Part shown: piece after piece, positions 1 through 9,250 of the stretch
How positions within the stretch are numbered: the first letter of the stretch is position 1
How the letters are laid out: every line of letters begins with the position of its first letter
Source of the DNA: an uncultured Gemmatimonadales bacterium
Lineage (GTDB): Bacteria; Gemmatimonadota; Gemmatimonadetes; Gemmatimonadales; GWC2-71-9
Assembly: GCA_963795085.1 (NCBI GenBank)
Contig: CAWCFX010000001.1
Coordinates: 448,001 to 512,000, forward strand
Length of the DNA: 64,000 bases
Direction of reading: 5' to 3'
Program-made: the position numbers and the translations under genes
Notes under the pieces: model-generated
Seen by the model: the letters and a program-made list of their open reading frames with translations, nothing else
Told to the model about the DNA's origin: nothing
Database searches by the model: none

Positions 1-1
1 C

Positions 2-862
2 CACCGCTCCGACCCTCCCGCCGGCCTCCCGCCCATTGATCGTACCGCCAAGCTCTTCATCGGCGGCAAGCAGGCCCGCCCCGATTCAGGATACAGTCAC
101 CCGGTGCACGGCGTGGACGGGTCCCTGCTCGCGGAGGTGGGGCAGGGAAACCGGAAGGACATCCGGAACGCGGTGGAGGCGGCGCAGAAGGGGGCCGGCT
201 GGGCCCGTGCCACCGCGCATACCCGGGCCCAGGTCCTGTACTACCTCGCGGAGAACCTCGCGGCACGGGGGGAGGAGTTTGCCCGCCGGGTGCGGGCGCT
301 GACCGGCCAGCCGGGCGAAGCGGAGGTGGAGCTGGCGATCCGCCGGCTCTATTCAGCGGCGGCGTGGGCCGACAAGTGGGATGGCGCGGTGCATCACACC
401 CCGTTCCGGAACGTGACCCTGGCCATGCCGGAGGCACTGGGCGCGATGGGCATTGTCTGTCCGGAGGAGCTGCCGCTGCTGGGCTTCGTCTCCGCGGTCA
501 TGCCGGCCCTCGCGATGGGCAACCGGGTGATCGCCGTGCCATCGGCGCGGTTCCCCCTCGCGGTCACCGATTTCTACCAGGTGATCGAGACATCCGATGT
601 CCCGGCGGGGGTCATCAATATTGTCACCGGTGACCGGGATGAGCTGACCCGGGTGCTGGCCGCGCACGATGACGTGGACGGGCTCTGGTATTTCGGCTCG
701 GCGGAGGGGAGCGCCGAGGTCGAACGCCTCGCCGCCGGGAACATGAAACGGACCTGGGTAAACTACGGCAAGCCGCGGGACTGGATGGCGGCGGGCGAGG
801 GCGAGGAGTTTCTCCGCCACGCCACCCAGGTCAAGAATATCTGGATTCCGTACGGGGAGTGA
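2..862 (+). CDS. Aldehyde dehydrogenase family protein, C-terminal part (5'-truncated by window edge)
   Basis: Frame open from base 2 (IDRTAKLFIGGKQARPD). Motifs DIRNAVEAA, PALAMGNRV, PAGVINIVTG and terminal KNIWIPYGE resemble the second domain of long two-domain ALDHs. Confidence 0.85.
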   Translation, partial: HRSDPPAGLPPIDRTAKLFIGGKQARPDSGYSHPVHGVDGSLLAEVGQGNRKDIRNAVEAAQKGAGWARATAHTRAQVLYYLAENLAARGEEFARRVRALTGQPGEAEVELAIRRLYSAAAWADKWDGAVHHTPFRNVTLAMPEALGAMGIVCPEELPLLGFVSAVMPALAMGNRVIAVPSARFPLAVTDFYQVIETSDVPAGVINIVTGDRDELTRVLAAHDDVDGLWYFGSAEGSAEVERLAAGNMKRTWVNYGKPRDWMAAGEGEEFLRHATQVKNIWIPYGE

Positions 863-958
863 GGGATAGGGGGACAGTGGGACAGTGGGACAGGGGGACA
901 GGGGGACAGTGGGACAGTGGGACAGTGGGACAGTGGGTCAGTGGGTCAGGGGGTCAGG
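863..958 (+). repeat. Tandem octamer array (GGGACAGT and variants), 12 units
   Basis: Units GGGATAGG, GGGACAGT/GGGACAGG, GGGTCAGT/GGGTCAGG. Starts right after the ALDH stop and runs into the 3' end of the convergent kinase. Confidence 0.95.
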
Positions 959-1777
959 GGGCGGGGGGGTGTCGGCGAGGGCGGCCCGCATGTCGTCGGC
1001 CCGTTGCCAGCGCAGGGTGGGTTCCTTGTCCATCGCCCTCATCAGGACTACGGCCAGCCGGTCCGGGGTGTCGGGGCGGACCTCCCGGACATCGGGTGGC
1101 GACTGGGTCAGTTGCATCTGCAGGACCATCGCTTCGCTCCGGTGCATGAAGGGAGGCCGGCCCGCCAGCGACTCGAAGAGCACGCACCCCAGCGAGTAGA
1201 GGTCACTCCGGTGGTCGGTGCTGTCGAGGGCGGCGACCTGCTCCGGGCTCATGTAGGTGGAGGTTCCCACCGTAAACCCCGACTTGGTCAGCCGTTCGGT
1301 GCCGGCCGCCTCGATGGCCTTGGCGATGCCGAAGTCCAGGAGCATGGCGCCTTCGGGGGACAGGATGATGTTGTCGGGCTTGACGTCCCGGTGCATGATG
1401 CCCCGATCGTGGGCGTACCCGAGGGCGGCGAGCAGGTCGCGGGCGATCCGCTGGACATCGTCGATGGACGCCCGTCGCACCCGGTCGAGGTGGGACCGCA
1501 GGGTGGGGCCTTCGGCGTAGCTCATGGTGTAGTACACCAGCCAGTTGCGCTCGCCGTAATCCAGCAGCCGGGTGATCAGGGGGTGATCCAGGCGGGAGAG
1601 CAGGGAGATCTCGCGGAGAAAACGCTCGGCGGTGACGCTGACCGCCAGCTCGGGGTGCAGCACCTTCAGCGCCACCTTCGCGCCCGCAAGGTCATAGGCA
1701 AGAAACACCCGACCCGCTCCGCCCCGCGCGACCTCACGCTCTACGGAATAGCGGTCTTTCAGTGCGTCCTGCACCAT
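938..1777 (-). CDS. Hanks-type Ser/Thr protein kinase (catalytic domain only; start may lie slightly upstream)
   Basis: RGGAGRVF, VALKVL, HRDVKPDN, DFG, GTSTYMSPEQ, SDLYSLG motifs. Confidence 0.93.
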   Translation of the reverse strand: MVQDALKDRYSVEREVARGGAGRVFLAYDLAGAKVALKVLHPELAVSVTAERFLREISLLSRLDHPLITRLLDYGERNWLVYYTMSYAEGPTLRSHLDRVRRASIDDVQRIARDLLAALGYAHDRGIMHRDVKPDNIILSPEGAMLLDFGIAKAIEAAGTERLTKSGFTVGTSTYMSPEQVAALDSTDHRSDLYSLGCVLFESLAGRPPFMHRSEAMVLQMQLTQSPPDVREVRPDTPDRLAVVLMRAMDKEPTLRWQRADDMRAALADTPPPPDPLTH

Positions 1778-1868
1778 GGGCAAGAGGTCGCGACGAATGG
1801 TCGGCTCCGCGGTCGGGGGCTGCGCAGGAAGGTCGCGCCAAGGGGGGCCAAGATCAAGCCTGACGGGG

Positions 1869-3431
1869 TCAGGTGGTACGGACAACCACCTCGCGGTCCA
1901 GGTAGCCGGCCAGCACATCGGCGAGACCGTTCGCGGAATGGCTTTCCAGCGAGAGGTCGGAGCCGGCCAGGCGGGGGAGGGCCGTAATGACCAGGCGGGA
2001 ACGGGTCAGCTCGGCCCGGACGGTCTCGACCGTCGCGGTGTGGCCCCGGTCGAGACCATCCGCGATGCGAAGCAGTCCGGACAGGCGGCGGACGGCCGCC
2101 TGGTCGGCGGGCGGCAGGGCGGCGAACTCCGGGTGTTTCTTGCGAGGGCCTCTCCGCCGGTGGTAGCGGCTGATGAGCGCCACCAGCAGCCGCTGGTGGG
2201 GGTCGAGGTTGAGCCGGTCGGCGTGCATGATCAACTGGTAGGAGTGCCGGTGGTGCCGCCGGTAACTCACCATCTGGCCGACATCGTGGAGCAGGGATGC
2301 GGCTTCCAGCAGGCTCCGTTCGCCTTCTCCCGCTTCCAGCGCTTCCGCCAGCTGGTCGAAGAGCTGGAGGGCCAGCAGCCGCACGTGTTCGACATGGCGG
2401 CGGTCCCCGTGGCAGCGTTCGACGAACTCGCGGATCAGCCGCAGCGGGTCCACCGCGATGGGCACCGACTCCGCCCCGACCATGTCCAGCAGCAGCCCCT
2501 CCCGCAGCCCATAGGCGCTGACGGTCAGCTCCCGGGCTTCGACCCAGTCGAGGATCGAGGCCGTCACCGCGATACCGGCGACGATGATGTCGGCGCGCTG
2601 GGGATTGAGCCCGGCGACGCGGATGCGCTGTTCCGGCGTCATCGGCCCCAGCCACTCGAGTAACTGCTCCACCTCGGCCACCCGCACGGTCAGCCCGTGG
2701 ACCGGGTTGGCGGGTGAGACACCGCGGCGCGCCGCGATCATCCGGCCGATGTTGGTAAAGGTTCCCCCGGAGCCGATCATACCGGCCCCGATCCACTCCT
2801 TGCCGGGAAAGGCTTTCTTCAGGCGCTTCCGGACCTGGGAGCGGAGGGCGGCGATCTCCTTCCGGGGGTCCCGTTTGCCGGGCAGGTGCACCTCGGTGGA
2901 CCGGACGGCCCCAAAGGGGAGCGAGGTGGAATACTCCACCAGCCCGTCCACCGCGCCGATCAGCTCGAGGCTGCCTCCGCCGATATCGGCGACGATCGTC
3001 CGGCCTCCCTCCAGCCGGAAGTGATGGGCCACCGACCGATAGGAGAGGCGGGCTTCTTCGTCGCCGTCGATGATCCGGAGCGGGATCTCCAGCTCCTCCC
3101 GGATCAGGTTGGTGAATTCCTCACCGTTCTCGGCCTCCCGCACCGCCGCGGTGGCGACGGCGTTGAGACGGCGGACGCCGCGCCGCTGGCAGATCTCCCG
3201 CATGCGCCGGAGGGTGGCGTAGGCCCGCTCGATGGCGATTTCATCCAGCCGCCCGGTGGTGGCGAGGCCGGCCGCGAGCCGGGGCTGTTCCTTGATCTCG
3301 TCGATGATGGTAAGGCCGGCGGCGGGATCATACTCCGCCACCACCAGCCGGATCGAGTTGGACCCGACGTCGATGGCGGCGATCCGCTCGCCGGCTTCGG
3401 TCGGGAGGGCGCGGGGCGGGGCGGCGCTCAT
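1869..3431 (-). CDS. ppx: Ppx/GppA exopolyphosphatase with C-terminal HD domain
   Basis: AIDVGSNSIRL, ATAAVREAEN, DIGGGSLE, GLREG, LLHDVG motifs; ATGA overlap with phoU. Confidence 0.93.
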   Translation of the reverse strand: MSAAPPRALPTEAGERIAAIDVGSNSIRLVVAEYDPAAGLTIIDEIKEQPRLAAGLATTGRLDEIAIERAYATLRRMREICQRRGVRRLNAVATAAVREAENGEEFTNLIREELEIPLRIIDGDEEARLSYRSVAHHFRLEGGRTIVADIGGGSLELIGAVDGLVEYSTSLPFGAVRSTEVHLPGKRDPRKEIAALRSQVRKRLKKAFPGKEWIGAGMIGSGGTFTNIGRMIAARRGVSPANPVHGLTVRVAEVEQLLEWLGPMTPEQRIRVAGLNPQRADIIVAGIAVTASILDWVEARELTVSAYGLREGLLLDMVGAESVPIAVDPLRLIREFVERCHGDRRHVEHVRLLALQLFDQLAEALEAGEGERSLLEAASLLHDVGQMVSYRRHHRHSYQLIMHADRLNLDPHQRLLVALISRYHRRRGPRKKHPEFAALPPADQAAVRRLSGLLRIADGLDRGHTATVETVRAELTRSRLVITALPRLAGSDLSLESHSANGLADVLAGYLDREVVVRTT

Positions 3432-4144
3432 GCTGAAGGGGTGGCGGATGCCCCGCCGGGTCGGGATTCGCCGCGGTCTTCGGCATGGTGCTTGATCGAC
3501 TTGCCTTCGACCAGGAATACCACGTCTTCCGCGATGTTGGTGGCGAGGTCGGCGACCCGCTCGAGGTTCCGGCTGACCAGGAAGAGCTCCATGCCGGTGC
3601 CGATGGTATGGGGGTCTTCCATCATGTGGGTGAGCAGGATCCGGAAGACCGAGGAATGGAGTGCGTCCACCCGGTCGTCGCGCCGGCAGATCTCCCGCGC
3701 CGCCACCGGGTCGCTCCGGATGAATGCTTCCAGGGCATCGGACAGCATCTCTCGCGCCAGCCGGGCCATTTCCACTATCTCCGGCTCCGGCGCGATGGGA
3801 CGGGACTGGCTCAGCCGCTCGGCCGACTGGGCGATGTTGACCGCGTGGTCGCCGACCCGCTCGAGGTCGTTGGCGATCTTGAGCGCGGAGGTGAGCATCC
3901 GGAGGTCCCGTGCCATGGGCTGCTGGAGCGCGAGCAGGTTGATGGCCTGCTCTTCGACTTCCATCTCCATGTTGTCCACCACCCGGTCCCCCCGGATGAC
4001 GGTGCGGGCCTTGTCGGGGTCCCGCTCCAGCAGGGCCTCCACCGCGAGCCCCAGCGCGGCTTCGGCCTCACCGGACATGGTGAGGAGCCGGACCTTGACG
4101 TGGTTCAGCTCGTCGTGAAAGTGGCGGTGGCTATCGAGGGTCAT
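3428..4144 (-). CDS. phoU: Phosphate signalling complex protein PhoU
   Basis: [36 protein letters not shown]; follows pstB. Confidence 0.97.
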   Translation of the reverse strand: MTLDSHRHFHDELNHVKVRLLTMSGEAEAALGLAVEALLERDPDKARTVIRGDRVVDNMEMEVEEQAINLLALQQPMARDLRMLTSALKIANDLERVGDHAVNIAQSAERLSQSRPIAPEPEIVEMARLAREMLSDALEAFIRSDPVAAREICRRDDRVDALHSSVFRILLTHMMEDPHTIGTGMELFLVSRNLERVADLATNIAEDVVFLVEGKSIKHHAEDRGESRPGGASATPSA

Positions 4145-4986
4145 CCGAATCTCCCCGTAATGTAGGCCTCAGTGCGTTCCCTGGCCGGCGCCGTGAACAC
4201 GCGCTCGGTTTCGTCGAACTCGATCAGCTCGCCAGTGTCGAAGAAGCCGGTAAAGTCCGACACCCGGGCCGCCTGTTGCATGTTATGCGTGACGATGACG
4301 ATCGTGTAGTCCTTCTTCAACTCGAAGATCAGTTCCTCGACCCGCTGGGTGGCCACCGGGTCCAGGGCGGAGCAGGGCTCGTCCATCAGGAGCACCTCGG
4401 GCTGGTTGCCCAGCGCGCGGGCGATGCAGAGCCGCTGCTGCTGGCCGCCGGAGAGCCCGGTGGCCGGATCGTTCAGCCGGTCCTTCACCTCGTCCCAGAG
4501 GGCGGCCTGGCGGAGGCATTTCTCTACCGTGTCGGGCAGGTCGCGCCGGCTCACCAGGTTGTTGAGCCGGGGCCCGTAGGCGACGTTCTCGAACACCGAG
4601 CGGGGGAACGGGTTGGGCCGCTGGAATACCATGCCGATGCGCTGGCGGAGCGCCACCACGTCGGTGCCGGCGCCGTACACCGAGGTGCCCTGCAGCAGGA
4701 TGTCACCTTCCCAGCTGGTGCCCGGGATCAGCTCGTTGAGCCGGTTGATGGACCGGAGGAAGGTGGACTTGCCGCATCCGGACGGCCCGATGATCGCGGT
4801 GACCGCCTTCTGGGGGACCTCCAGGGTGATGCCGCGAAGGACCGGGCCCGCCCCGTAGGAAAAGCGGAAGTCCCGGGCCTGGATGGCGGGGTCGCCGGTG
4901 GCGACCCGGTGGCCGCCCCGGCCGGCGACCGTGACCCGGGGCACCAGGTTGGCCATGCCCGTGTCTCCCGCCGCTGGCACGCTCAT
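4141..4986 (-). CDS. pstB: Phosphate ABC transporter ATP-binding protein (second copy)
   Basis: [53 protein letters not shown] overlaps the stop of the upstream pstB. Confidence 0.96.
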   Translation of the reverse strand: MSVPAAGDTGMANLVPRVTVAGRGGHRVATGDPAIQARDFRFSYGAGPVLRGITLEVPQKAVTAIIGPSGCGKSTFLRSINRLNELIPGTSWEGDILLQGTSVYGAGTDVVALRQRIGMVFQRPNPFPRSVFENVAYGPRLNNLVSRRDLPDTVEKCLRQAALWDEVKDRLNDPATGLSGGQQQRLCIARALGNQPEVLLMDEPCSALDPVATQRVEELIFELKKDYTIVIVTHNMQQAARVSDFTGFFDTGELIEFDETERVFTAPARERTEAYITGRFG

Positions 4987-5756
4987 CCGAATCTCCCGGT
5001 GATGTAGGCCTCGGTCTGCTCGTTGCGCGGCGCGGTGAAGATCTGCCGGGTCTTGCCCGTTTCGATCATGCTGCCGAGGTAGAAGAAGGTCGTCGTATCG
5101 GAGACCCGGGCGGCCTGCTGCATGTTGTGGGTCACGATCACGATGGTGTAGTCCCGCTTGAGTTCGAACACTAGTTCCTCGATTCGCTGGGTACCCTGGG
5201 GGTCGAGGGACGCGGTGGGTTCGTCCAGCAGGATGACCTCCGGCTGAGGCGCGATGGTCCGGGCGATGCAGAGCCGTTGTTGCTGCCCCCCGGAGAGCGC
5301 CAGGGCGCTGGTCCGGAGCCGGTCTTTCACTTCGTCCCACAACGCGGCCTGGCGGAGCGAGCGCTCGACGATCTCGTCCAGCTCCTGGCGGGGCGGTTTG
5401 CCGTTCAATTTCAGCCCGGCCGCGACATTGTCATAGATGTTCATGGTCGGAAACGGGGTCGGCCGCTGGAAGACCATGCCGATCCGGCGCCGCAGCTCCA
5501 TGACGCTCACCTTCCGGTTGTACACGTCCTCGCCGTCCAGCAGCACCCGTCCCGTCACCCAGGCCTGGTCGGTCAACTCGTGCATCCGGTTCAGGGACCG
5601 GAGGAAGGTGGATTTGCCGCACCCGGAGGGGCCGATCAGGGCGTTGACCGAGTTGTTGGCGAAGGCCAGCGATACGTTATTCACCGCGGTGAACTTGCCG
5701 TACATCGCCGTGAGCCGGTCGGTCGCCAGGCGGGGCGGGCCGTCAGTCGGCGACAC
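4983..5756 (-). CDS. pstB: Phosphate ABC transporter ATP-binding protein (first copy)
   Basis: [48 protein letters not shown]. Confidence 0.96.
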   Translation of the reverse strand: MSPTDGPPRLATDRLTAMYGKFTAVNNVSLAFANNSVNALIGPSGCGKSTFLRSLNRMHELTDQAWVTGRVLLDGEDVYNRKVSVMELRRRIGMVFQRPTPFPTMNIYDNVAAGLKLNGKPPRQELDEIVERSLRQAALWDEVKDRLRTSALALSGGQQQRLCIARTIAPQPEVILLDEPTASLDPQGTQRIEELVFELKRDYTIVIVTHNMQQAARVSDTTTFFYLGSMIETGKTRQIFTAPRNEQTEAYITGRFG

Positions 5757-6588
5757 GGAACCTCTGCCGGGTCGCCAGCCGGGCCCCGATGCTCAGCACC
5801 AGGACAAGGAGAATGAGTACCAGCGCCGCGGCCCAGGCCAGCCGATGCCATTCCTCGTAGGGGCCGGTCGCATACGTGAAGACCGCGAGGGGCAGGGCCG
5901 CCATGGGCTGAGTTGGATCGAGGGTCAGGAACTGGCTGCCCAGCGCGGTCAGGAGCAGTGGCGCGGTCTCGCCCGCCACCCGGGCGATCGCCAGCAGGGT
6001 GCCGGTGACGATGCCGGGGAGGATGGTGCGGAGCACCACGGTGAGGCTGGTCCGCCAGCGGGAATAGCCCAGCGCCAGGGCCGCTTCCCGGAGCGAGTTG
6101 GGCACCAGCTTGATCATCTCCTCGGTGGTCCGCATGACCATGGGGATCATCAGCATCGCCAGCGCGGCGCTCCCGGCGAACCCGGAGAAGTGTTTCTGGG
6201 TGGCCACGATCCAGGTCCAGGCGAAGACGCCGACGACGATGGACGGGGTCCCGTTCATCACGTCGGCCACGAACCGGCTGACCAGCGCGATCCGGCTGCC
6301 GGGATACTCCGCGCTGTAGATGCCGGCGCCGATACCCAGCGGCAGCCCCATCGCGGCCGCCACCCCGACGATGATGAGGGTGCCGACAATGGCGTGGGCC
6401 ACCCCGCCGCCGGTTTCGCCGGCCGGGGAGGGCATTTCGGTGAAGAACGCGAAATTGAGGCTGCCGGCACCCTTGATGATAAGCGTCGCGAGAATCAGGA
6501 TGAGGGGCACCAGCGCCAGCAGGACCGAGGCTCCCATGAGGCCGATCATGAACTTGCCGCGCACCCGCCGGAGCACCGCCCGGTTCAC
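5743..6588 (-). CDS. pstA: Phosphate ABC transporter permease PstA
   Basis: Multi-[29 protein letters not shown]. Confidence 0.96.
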   Translation of the reverse strand: MNRAVLRRVRGKFMIGLMGASVLLALVPLILILATLIIKGAGSLNFAFFTEMPSPAGETGGGVAHAIVGTLIIVGVAAAMGLPLGIGAGIYSAEYPGSRIALVSRFVADVMNGTPSIVVGVFAWTWIVATQKHFSGFAGSAALAMLMIPMVMRTTEEMIKLVPNSLREAALALGYSRWRTSLTVVLRTILPGIVTGTLLAIARVAGETAPLLLTALGSQFLTLDPTQPMAALPLAVFTYATGPYEEWHRLAWAAALVLILLVLVLSIGARLATRQRFRVAD

Positions 6589-7571
6589 AGGCCCTTGCTC
6601 CCGGTGCCGCCGCGCGACACCCGCCAGATCAGCAGCCGGGCCGCCGCGTTGACCAGCACCGTCACCACGAAGAGCACCAGCGCCACGTAGGACAGGGCCG
6701 ACAGGTGGATGTCGCCCACCGCCTCGGTAAACTCATTGGCGATCGCCGAGGCCATGGTATAGCCCGGGGCAAAGAGGGAGGCGGCGATCTCGTGCCGGTT
6801 GCCGATCAGCATGGTCACCGCCATCGTCTCACCCAGCGCGCGCCCCAGGCCCAGGATCACGGCGCCAATGATGCCCGACCTGGCATAGGGAACCACGGCG
6901 GTGATGACCGCTTCCCACCGGGTTGCCCCCAGGGCCAGGGCCGCCTCGCGCTGGCTGTTGGGCACCGCCAGCAGCACCTCCCGGGATACCGACATGATGA
7001 ATGGCATGATCATGATCGCCAGGATGATGCTGGCGGCCAGCATCGAGGGGCCGTAGATCGGCCCCTGGAAGAACGGGAGAAAACCCAGGGTGTCCCGCAG
7101 AAAGGGAAACAGGGTGGCCTTGAGGATGGGAATCAGGAAGAAAATTCCCCAGAGGCCGTACACCACGCTGGGGATGGCGGCCAGCAATTCCAGCATGAAA
7201 GCGATGGGCTGCCGGATCCGGTGCGGCGCGAACTCGGTCAGGAAGATCGCCACCCCCAGCGAGAGCGGCACCGCGATCAGCAGCGCCAGCGCCGACGAGA
7301 GCAGAGTCCCGAAAATGAGCGGAAGGGCGCCAAACTGTTCGGCGACGGGGTCCCAGGTACTGGAGGAGATGAACGAGAAGCCAAAGGTGCCAATGGCAAG
7401 GCGGGAGCCCTGGTAGAGCTCCACCACCAGGAACATCAGCAGGACCGGAATGCTGAGCGCCGCGAGGGTCAGCACGCCCCGGAAGACCCGGTCGGCGTAA
7501 CTGACCCGCTCCAACGATCCGGCCCCGCGCTCGACCGGCGCGGACTCCACGGGCTCCACCGAGGTTGTCAT
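6585..7571 (-). CDS. pstC: Phosphate ABC transporter permease PstC (ATG 7571 preferred over GTG 7610)
   Basis: WDP..QFGALPLIFGT, LLAAIPSVVYGLWG, EAALALGATRWE, GRALGETMAV. Confidence 0.96.
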   Translation of the reverse strand: MTTSVEPVESAPVERGAGSLERVSYADRVFRGVLTLAALSIPVLLMFLVVELYQGSRLAIGTFGFSFISSSTWDPVAEQFGALPLIFGTLLSSALALLIAVPLSLGVAIFLTEFAPHRIRQPIAFMLELLAAIPSVVYGLWGIFFLIPILKATLFPFLRDTLGFLPFFQGPIYGPSMLAASIILAIMIMPFIMSVSREVLLAVPNSQREAALALGATRWEAVITAVVPYARSGIIGAVILGLGRALGETMAVTMLIGNRHEIAASLFAPGYTMASAIANEFTEAVGDIHLSALSYVALVLFVVTVLVNAAARLLIWRVSRGGTGSKGL

Positions 7572-7605
7572 GGCCGGGAGTGTAGTCTCGCCCGGCGGCG
7601 GAACC

Positions 7606-7632
7606 GTCACGGTATTGTAACGAACGGGTCAC
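7606..7632. promoter_or_regulatory. Putative Pho box upstream of pstC
   Basis: GTCAC (7606), GTAAC (7617), GTCAC (7628) at exact 11-nt period; TACACT -10-like hexamer on the minus strand at 7579-7584. Confidence 0.7.
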
Positions 7633-7651
7633 AGCGGGATCGAAGGCAAGT

Positions 7652-7802
7652 GGGACAGTGGGACAGTGGGACAGTGGGACAGTGGGACAGTAGGTCAGTG
7701 GGACAGTGAGTCAGTGAGTCAGTGGGTCAGTGGGTCAGTGGGACGCCGTAGGACAATGGGACAGTGGGACAGTGGGACAGTGGGTCGGTGGGACAGTGGG
7801 AC
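7652..7802 (+). repeat. Tandem octamer array (GGGACAGT and variants), about 18 units
   Basis: GGGACAGT/GGGTCAGT/GAGTCAGT units with one 10-nt interruption at 7740, between porin and pstC. Confidence 0.95.
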
Positions 7803-7837
7803 CAAACAAAATCGGGAGCAGTCACGGACTGCCCCCG
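7803..7837 (-). terminator. Probable intrinsic terminator of the porin gene
   Basis: GGAGCAGTC-acg-GACTGCCCC hairpin followed on the minus strand by TTTTGTTTG. Confidence 0.55.
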
Positions 7838-7860
7838 GTTCGGTTACGACACCGTCACGG

Positions 7861-8964
7861 CTAGAAATTCACGGTCATTCCGGTGCGGACGCCGCTGATC
7901 GACTTGGCGCCACTGGCCTGGAAGCTCTGGTTTTCATACATCGCCCGGAGCTGGGCCCGGCTGGACAGATACAGGTTGACGCCGGCCGAGACCAGGGTGC
8001 TGCCGTCGTCGGGGGTGTCGGTGTCGGGATCCTGCTGGTCGAATCGCAGGGCGGGCTCGATCGCGTACAGGAACGCGTTGGGGTTCTTCATGCGGACGTG
8101 CCAGGCGCCCACCAGCGAGATGCCCTGGATATTGACGTTGTTGTCCGCCCGGGACTCGCCCCGCATGTAGTCGCCCACCAGGAAGAGGCCCTCGTCGCCG
8201 GGGACGCCCCAGGCGGCGTCGAGGCCGATGGCCGAGTTGGTGTAGCCGGAGTCCGGTGCGGTCGCTGCCGGCGGGGTGACGATCCCGTCGTGGGAGAACC
8301 AGGAGCCGCCGATGTTCAGCCTGGCGCCCAGCCCGACCGTGGCCCGGACCCCGAACGACTTCCGGTTGTTCACGTCGTTCTTGCTCTCGCCCTCGCCGTT
8401 GTACAGGCCGGCGTGGAAGGTCAAGGCCTGGTTGGCGGCAGCACCCATCTTGTGCCGCACCAGCAGGGCGGCGCCGATATCGTGGGAGAGGAACCCGTTG
8501 GCACTGAAGAGATCGTTGGACGAGGCCCGGACCAGTCCCTTGCCGGCGCCACGCTCCAGGGACGGCAGGTTGTTGGACGAGAGCAGCTCGTAGCGGCCAA
8601 AGGGACGTTTCTCCTGTCCCATGCGGAGGAGAACGCGGGTCCGGGGCTCGCCCCGTTGAAAGCCCAGATCGACATAGGCATCGCGCAGGCGGAGGCGGGT
8701 GGAGCCGTCCTCGAACGAGGGCTGGACGGTGGCGAACACGGTTTCGGTGATCTGGACGTTGGCCTGGAAGCGGGCCCGGCGAACAAGGAAGTTGGTCATC
8801 GGCCCGGTGCTGGCGGCGTAGTCCTCGTTGCCCATGTAATAGGCCTGGGTCTGCATCCGGCCCTGGATCTTCACGCTGGGGTAGGTGGCCTGGGCGGCCG
8901 CCGTCCCCGCGGCCGTGAGCGAAAATGCCAGGCCGATGAACAGCCTCGAACCGATTGATGCCAT
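7861..8964 (-). CDS. Outer-membrane porin, OprO/OprP phosphate-selective porin-like
   Basis: Signal peptide (AAAQA), GRMQ, F.VRRARF, LRDAYVD, GQEKRPFGRYEL, C-terminal Phe; inside the Pho cluster. Confidence 0.85.
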   Translation of the reverse strand: MASIGSRLFIGLAFSLTAAGTAAAQATYPSVKIQGRMQTQAYYMGNEDYAASTGPMTNFLVRRARFQANVQITETVFATVQPSFEDGSTRLRLRDAYVDLGFQRGEPRTRVLLRMGQEKRPFGRYELLSSNNLPSLERGAGKGLVRASSNDLFSANGFLSHDIGAALLVRHKMGAAANQALTFHAGLYNGEGESKNDVNNRKSFGVRATVGLGARLNIGGSWFSHDGIVTPPAATAPDSGYTNSAIGLDAAWGVPGDEGLFLVGDYMRGESRADNNVNIQGISLVGAWHVRMKNPNAFLYAIEPALRFDQQDPDTDTPDDGSTLVSAGVNLYLSSRAQLRAMYENQSFQASGAKSISGVRTGMTVNF

Positions 8965-9092
8965 CGCGGTAACTCCGTGGTGGTGACTCCAGCCGCCCGG
9001 CGGACGCCGCGGCTCGGCTGGAGCCGGAATGTAGTGGCGGCGTGCCGGTTCGCATGAACCGCGGCCGCGCGGCAGAATGGAAGCTCCGGGTT

Positions 9093-9130
9093 GTCACGCC
9101 GCGGCGGCGGCCCGGTCACGCCCTGGTAAC
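9093..9130. promoter_or_regulatory. Putative Pho box upstream of the porin gene
   Basis: GTCAC (9093), GTCAC (9115), GTAAC (9126), all in 11-nt phase. Confidence 0.6.
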
Positions 9131-9250
9131 AGGCCGGGGCGGCCACCATTCCCGGGCGCTGGTGTGGAGGGCCCTGAAGGGATCCTGGAATAGTCGCTCG
9201 CATTCGCCCCATCGTGCTACGAACGCTCCGCGCGCGCGAGGCGGCCCGCC

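Noticed and set aside
859..1199. ORFs translating the repeats (GTVGQWDS...; also 7666 and 55700, and CSVQRAA at 27030/26444)
   Set aside because: Products of periodic DNA running antisense to or across real genes; no coding evidence.
4141..5756. Tandem pstB duplication as a novelty
   Set aside because: Two pstB genes in one pst operon is established (e.g. Bacillus subtilis pstBA/pstBB).
7652..7802. Octamer arrays as CRISPR arrays
   Set aside because: 8-nt contiguous units with no unique spacers, and no cas genes in the window.
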